From assembly GCF_009914755.1 (NCBI RefSeq), contig NC_060942.1: a DNA stretch of 64,000 nucleotides. One strand, given 5' to 3'. The DNA is from the human T2T-CHM13v2.0 reference genome, Homo sapiens. The position numbers and the translations under genes are program-made. The notes under the pieces are model-generated. The model was not told the origin of the DNA. It ran no database searches and saw only the letters and a program-made list of their open reading frames with translations. How positions within the stretch are numbered: the stretch's first letter is position 1; each line of letters starts with the position of its first letter. Below are positions 58,781-64,000 of the stretch, piece by piece.

Positions 58781-61150
58781 GCCAGCACTTTTACTGAGGC
58801 TGCCACCATGGTGAGCACTACTACGTCCTCTACTTGATCTACAACACCAATAGCAACCAGTATCTCCATTGAAACAGCCACCATAATAACATCAGGCCCT
58901 TCCACTGTGGCTACAATTACAACAGCCACCACTCTCCCTTCTACTGTACCCATAAGCACAATAGTAGCTAGCACTGAAACTAAACAGACTACCACAATGA
59001 CTGTGGGTACTTCCATAGTGGGTACAACCAAAATTGCCACTGCTAATGCCCTCACTGAGTATACAACCACAATAGTAGCCATGATGCCCACTGAACAGAC
59101 TAGTGCAACTGCAGGGACTTCCACTGAGTCATCAATCACAATGATCCCAACTCTGCTTCTACAAAATCTTCAACCACAACTACAGCCACCAGTTCACCTG
59201 AACTGACCACCACAACAACTGCAGGCACTCCGACTCAGGCTACAACCACAAAATCCCCATTACTACTTCTACTGAACCCACTACTCCAACAGCATCCACC
59301 ACTTTGACTGAACTAAACCTGGAAAACAGAAATAGCCACCATTTTTACTACGGTCATTACCATAACAATCATAGGCAGCATTTCTACTAGCCTGTAAGTA
59401 TAAGAGCCAGGACAATTGCTTCAAAAGAACCAATTATCACAACAGCAGCCATTCCTTCAATTTGACCACAAACCACACAACCATATATAGCACTTCAGCT
59501 GAATTTAACAGAACAACAACATGGACCTCATCTAATGAGTGTGTAGATGCAATTGGTAGTGCTACCACTTTTTTTTTTTTTTTGAGACAGAGTCTCACTC
59601 TGTTGCCCAGGCTGGATTGCAATGGTGCCACCTCTGCCTCCTGAGTTCAAGCGATTCTCCTGCCTCAGCCTCCCAAGTAACTGGGACTACAGGCATGTGC
59701 CACCACGCCTGGCTAATTTTTTGTATTTTCATTAGAGATGGGGTTTCACCATGTTATCTAGGATGGTCTCAATCTCCTGACCTCGTGATCCACCCGCCTC
59801 AGCCTCCCAAAGTTCTGGGATTACAGGCATGAGCCACTACACCTGGCCTGCTACCATTTTAAATAAGCTAATAACCACAACAGCAGCTGCTACTTTAACC
59901 GAAGTTACTATAAGGACACCTACTGGTAGCACCTCATCTGAACGTGTCAGCATAATTGTGAGCACCATTTCTTAATCCAAACTTATCACTGTAACTTCAA
60001 GCTTTGTTCCTTCAACTGAATACATTACTGCTATCACAATTATCTTTTCAATTGAGGCCACAGCCATGACAACCAGGTTCATATTAACTGAGTCTACGAC
60101 CATTGTAACTTTTTACTGAATCTACTATCATAAGATTAACAGTTTCACTCATTGGTATCCACAGTGGCCAAAACTCCCACTTCAGTTAAAGCTACAACTA
60201 CCTAAATCATCCAACAACTTTAACTCAACCCTGAATTACTCTCATATCAAATGAACCTACAAATGACTATTACTTTAACAAAATCATCAGGCACTACTAC
60301 CAGCACTTTAATTGAATTTACAACCCTCACAATAGCTACCTCCAACTCAGTTACTGAATCTATTCTGTTTTCTGATACAACTAAAACATCATCTTTAACC
60401 TCCACTGACACCAACTCAACTAAATGAAAGCCAACACATACACTACTAACTCAACTGACTCTTCGATCACAACTCCCTAGCAATGTCAGCTCAGTTTACA
60501 ATCTCCATGAGCATCATTACCTGTTAATAGAAAATGCAATTACAGTTTCTACATAATCTGCTATCATAATACTGCCAGCTCTTCCATGGCCCCTTCAAAT
60601 GAGTCCCTTCATAGCCACAGCAACCATGCCACATCAGCAAAATGTGCTACTCCCATGACATCTACTGAAATTTCACAATAGAGACCACATTTCTACTCTA
60701 TGTACTCCTACAACAGACAAAACTTTACTGAACCTTTTAGTACCCTATCACTGGAATCTACAAGCATCACAATTTCTATTAGCATGTTATTCAAAGTCAT
60801 TCAGTGCTTATTCATAAATGCAACACTATCATTTTTTTCTAGTAAATTGACTAAGTCAGATTACTACTCTCACTTGACAAAAATGACAACTTTCTAATGA
60901 CCTATTCCTGGGGCAACTGTGGTTAGTATACCTAGAAATTAAATCCTAACATGTACTATCCTCATTCCTACACCAGATATACCAGATTCTGTATCAACCA
61001 TCAATACCATAGGGAATTCTATGGCCAGTATCAGTGCCAACATATAACTCCAAAAACGTGGGGTTATAGTGGTTACCAGAAACAACCACTTCTAAAACAA
61101 GACTTACTTATTGACCAGTTCAGCTATTACTACCATGACAATGAAGTCAT
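57186..61150 (+). pseudogene. Decayed continuation of the mucin exon (now presumably 3' UTR)
   Basis: Same repeat with a 1-bp deletion ~57552, TAG at 58014/58047/58347, TAA 58776, then increasingly divergent ACN/TCN-rich sequence on both sides of an Alu. Confidence 0.8.
59569..59848 (-). mobile_element. Alu (AluSc-like, small internal deletion) inserted in the decayed mucin exon
   Basis: Reverse Alu with 'ggatggtctcaatctcctgacctcgtgatc'; TSD tgctacca at 59560 and 59849. Confidence 0.95.
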
Positions 61151-61675
61151 TTTCATGCCTACACTTAGATTTAAAAATATGACTTAGCAGACCTGAACAC
61201 TTAACGTGGAGTTTTCCTATTTTCTCTGTGAAGTTTTAGATAATACAATTTCTATACAAAGTAAGTTCAATCTATTTATTTATGTTGGAAACCTGTTCTG
61301 ATTAAATAAGTTACCAAATATGAATATAGTCTTTTATTATTCCAAAGATTTAGTGCTTAATACATATACTCCTTATGTAATAGGGAAAGAACATTCTGTA
61401 TGGTGAGGGTATATTAAATGTATGAAGTACCACATTTCCTCTTCAGATTGTGTGAAATTATTTCCATTTCATTATTTACTGTTTAAATTGTTTTACTATT
61501 TAAGTAATATTTATGAATTTGTTCTCGCTATTTTTGGTTTTAAAAATTTATTTTCCGCTGTTTTTTCCATAATCTTGTACAGTCATTCAATTAAAAACTT
61601 TGAGTGACAATTTACTGTGTGCCTGCTATTTGCTGAAGTACTGAAGAAAATTTAGGAAAAGAAAATAGAAATGCA

Positions 61676-61963
61676 GGCCAAGCACAGAGGCTCACATCTG
61701 TAATTCCAACATTTTGGGACCCTAAGACAGGAGGATTGCTTAAGGTCAGGAGTTTAAGACCAGCCTGGACAACAGGGTGAGACCCTGCCTCTATAAAAAA
61801 TAAAAAAATTAGCTGGGCGTGGTGGTGCACACCTGTAGTCCCAGCTACTCGGTAGGCTGAGGTGAGGGGATTGCTTGGCCCAGGAGCTCAAGGCTGCAGT
61901 AAGCTATGATTATGCCACTGCACTCAAGCCTGGGTGACAGAGCAAGTCTCTAAAAAAAAAAAA
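61676..61963 (+). mobile_element. Alu (AluJo/Jr-like)
   Basis: ggaggattgctt...ctcaaggctgcagtaagctatgat J-type features; TSD aaatgca. Confidence 0.9.
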
Positions 61964-62837
61964 ATGCAGATAAAAATACTTACAAATTTGGGTTCTGTTA
62001 TTTAGAATTCTTGGTAATTGACAGATTTAAATTAATGTTGATGGTACTTGCATTCCAGTGCAGTTCTACTGAATCAAAATCATCAAGGATGGGCCAGAAT
62101 TCCATATTTTTCAAAAAGTGTGTAGCCAGGGCTCATAACTACCCAATGAAGCGTTGAACTCAGGAGGACATTGTGACTTGTTACAGCTTTTGGATGGTGT
62201 TGATGAGATTGATATAAATCATCTAACAGTTTTTAAGCACTAAGAAAATTCAATCACTTTTTGGTGTTACTGCTATGTATAAACAAAAGACGGCGGTATA
62301 CAGGCACTTCACTTGAGCACGTGGTTGGGAGTGGGAGTGAAAATGCTTTATTTACCAAAAAAAGTGTTCTCAAGAAATTTAAAACAAAGATTTTGATAGC
62401 CTTTATGCTACTTAGAAATCATATTTAACTTTTTTTAATGTCATTCCTATAAAAGCGTTTTCCCCCCATTTTGCTAGCCTGCTGCCATTATATGCAATTA
62501 ATTTAACAAAACTGTATTCAAATGCTTTAATTCTATTTCTTTCCTTTCTTCATTATATTTTCAATTAGTATTACTTTATTATTAAATGTATCACTGATTA
62601 AACTTTTCTCTTTCTGCAAATTCTTTCACAGTAAATTTTAGTAAAAATTATAGTAAAATAAATTTTATTGGTTGTAACTTTTACTATTTTCTAGTTCTAC
62701 ATTTCTGCTGCTAATTAGGATGAGAAATGTTCCAGAGTAAATTCATTATGTAAATAAATACAAGTTTGTTTTTTTAAAAGATAGAAGATTTTCCTAGTTT
62801 AACACATTGTAGGTGCTTAATAGATATTTATTTAATG

Positions 62838-63220
62838 CAGTTGACCCTTGATCTCTGCTCAGTCTAAAATCTGCATATAACTTTTAACTCCTCAAAAATT
62901 TAACAACTAATAACCTACTATTGACCAGAAGCATTTCCGATGACATAGTCAACCAACACATCTTTTGTATATGTATTACAGTCTGTATTCCTACAATAAA
63001 GTAAGCTAGATAAAAGAAATTATTAAGAAACTCAGAAGGAAAAGAAAGCACATTTACTATTTATTAAGTGGAAGTAGATCATCATAGACTTCTTCCTTCT
63101 TGTCTTCATGTTGAGTAGGCTAAGGAGGAGGAAGAGGAGGGTTTGGTCTTGCTTTCTCAGCGTGGTGGAGATAAGAAATTTGCAGCACAGTTCAATCCCA
63201 TGACATTCAAGGGTCAACTA
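62838..63220. mobile_element. Tigger2-derived MITE (Tigger2a/MER28-like)
   Basis: TIRs cagttgacccttga ... tcaagggtcaact. Confidence 0.85.
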
Positions 63221-63479
63221 TGAGCATGTAAATGCATCATAGGAAGGCAATATGAGGTAAACTTTCAGAGCCAGGGACCTGGCCTCTATGTTTAACCACT
63301 ATATGTACCTGGCAGCCAGTAGATAATAAATATTTGTTCCACAAAAGAAAATAGTGATCATTGTAAGAATTTATTACCAAACTAAGATGACTAGAATTGG
63401 AATTACACTGTTACCTCAATTTTTAATCTACTTTTGTTTATGTTAATCTATTCCTATTAGTATTAGTATTAGTTTTCTA

Positions 63480-64000
63480 ATTTTTTTAGTTGAAGTACAA
63501 CATATTAGCAGAAAATGCACAAATCATAAGACACAACGCAATGAATTATCACAAAGTGAACACACCGACATGCAAATCAAGAAATAGAACATTATCAGCA
63601 CTTCAGAAACTCTCATGTGCCATTCCCCAATCACCACTTCGTTTTTCTTCCCTGCAAGGTAAACACTGTTCTGATTTCTAACACTGTTAATTACTTTGTC
63701 TGATTATGAACATAGTAGAAATGACATGGTATCACAGGAACTCTCTTCATCTGTCTCTTCATCTGGCTTCTTTGACTCAACCTTATATTTGTGAGATTCA
63801 TATATGTTTTTGCTTATACCAATGGTTCCTAGTGTTAGGTACTGATCCATGTGGCTATCCAAAGGATCCTGCATCATTTATTTAAAAGGCTATCCTTTCC
63901 CACTTCTCTGCTGTCTTACCTTGTCATAAATCACATCTGCCCTTTGACTCCTATTATCGTGAATTTGCTTGATTAATTTTCCCTGTGTGTAACCAAGGTC
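63480..64000 (-). mobile_element. Old L1M 3' fragment
   Basis: gaagtacaacatattagcagaaaatgcacaaatcataag...atgaattatcacaaagtgaacac...ttgtgagattcat. Confidence 0.65.

Noticed and set aside
53930-59139. Long Val/Ala-rich minus-strand ORFs (762, 294, 242 aa etc.), the Cys/Gly-rich ORF and Pro/Gln/Leu-rich + strand ORFs
   Set aside because: Shadow frames of the ACN/GCN-rich repeat; no independent start, splice or domain evidence
60938-62662. A specific poly(A) site or a fourth exon for the mucin gene
   Set aside because: Several ATTAAA (60938, 61301, 61413, 61590), AATAAA (~62657) and a donor-like GTAAGT (61261) exist, but none can be singled out without 3'-end data

Overview
AT-rich, CpG-poor primate genomic DNA (AluJ/S/Y, L1PA, L1M, MaLR/ERV LTRs, MER/Tigger DNA transposons; L1PA and AluY imply a catarrhine or ape). 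The first ~44 kb are almost all interspersed repeats and intergenic sequence. The main signal is a three-exon gene on the + strand that the ORF track only partly shows: TATA box 44586, exon 1 CDS 44653-44709, exon 2 51759-51923, exon 3 from 53724. All junctions are phase-0 GT-AG. The spliced frame is open for 1227 aa. Its N-terminus and single TM segment (CLLAC motif) resemble DYNAP/C18orf26 as I recall it, but it is too divergent to be DYNAP itself. It ends in ~1,100 aa of Thr/Ser/Ala tandem repeats (37-aa unit), so it is a candidate type II membrane mucin. After a frameshift at ~57168 the array continues as a progressively decaying fossil to ~61150, interrupted by an Alu. Repeat subfamily names and DYNAP comparisons are from memory, not from a search.
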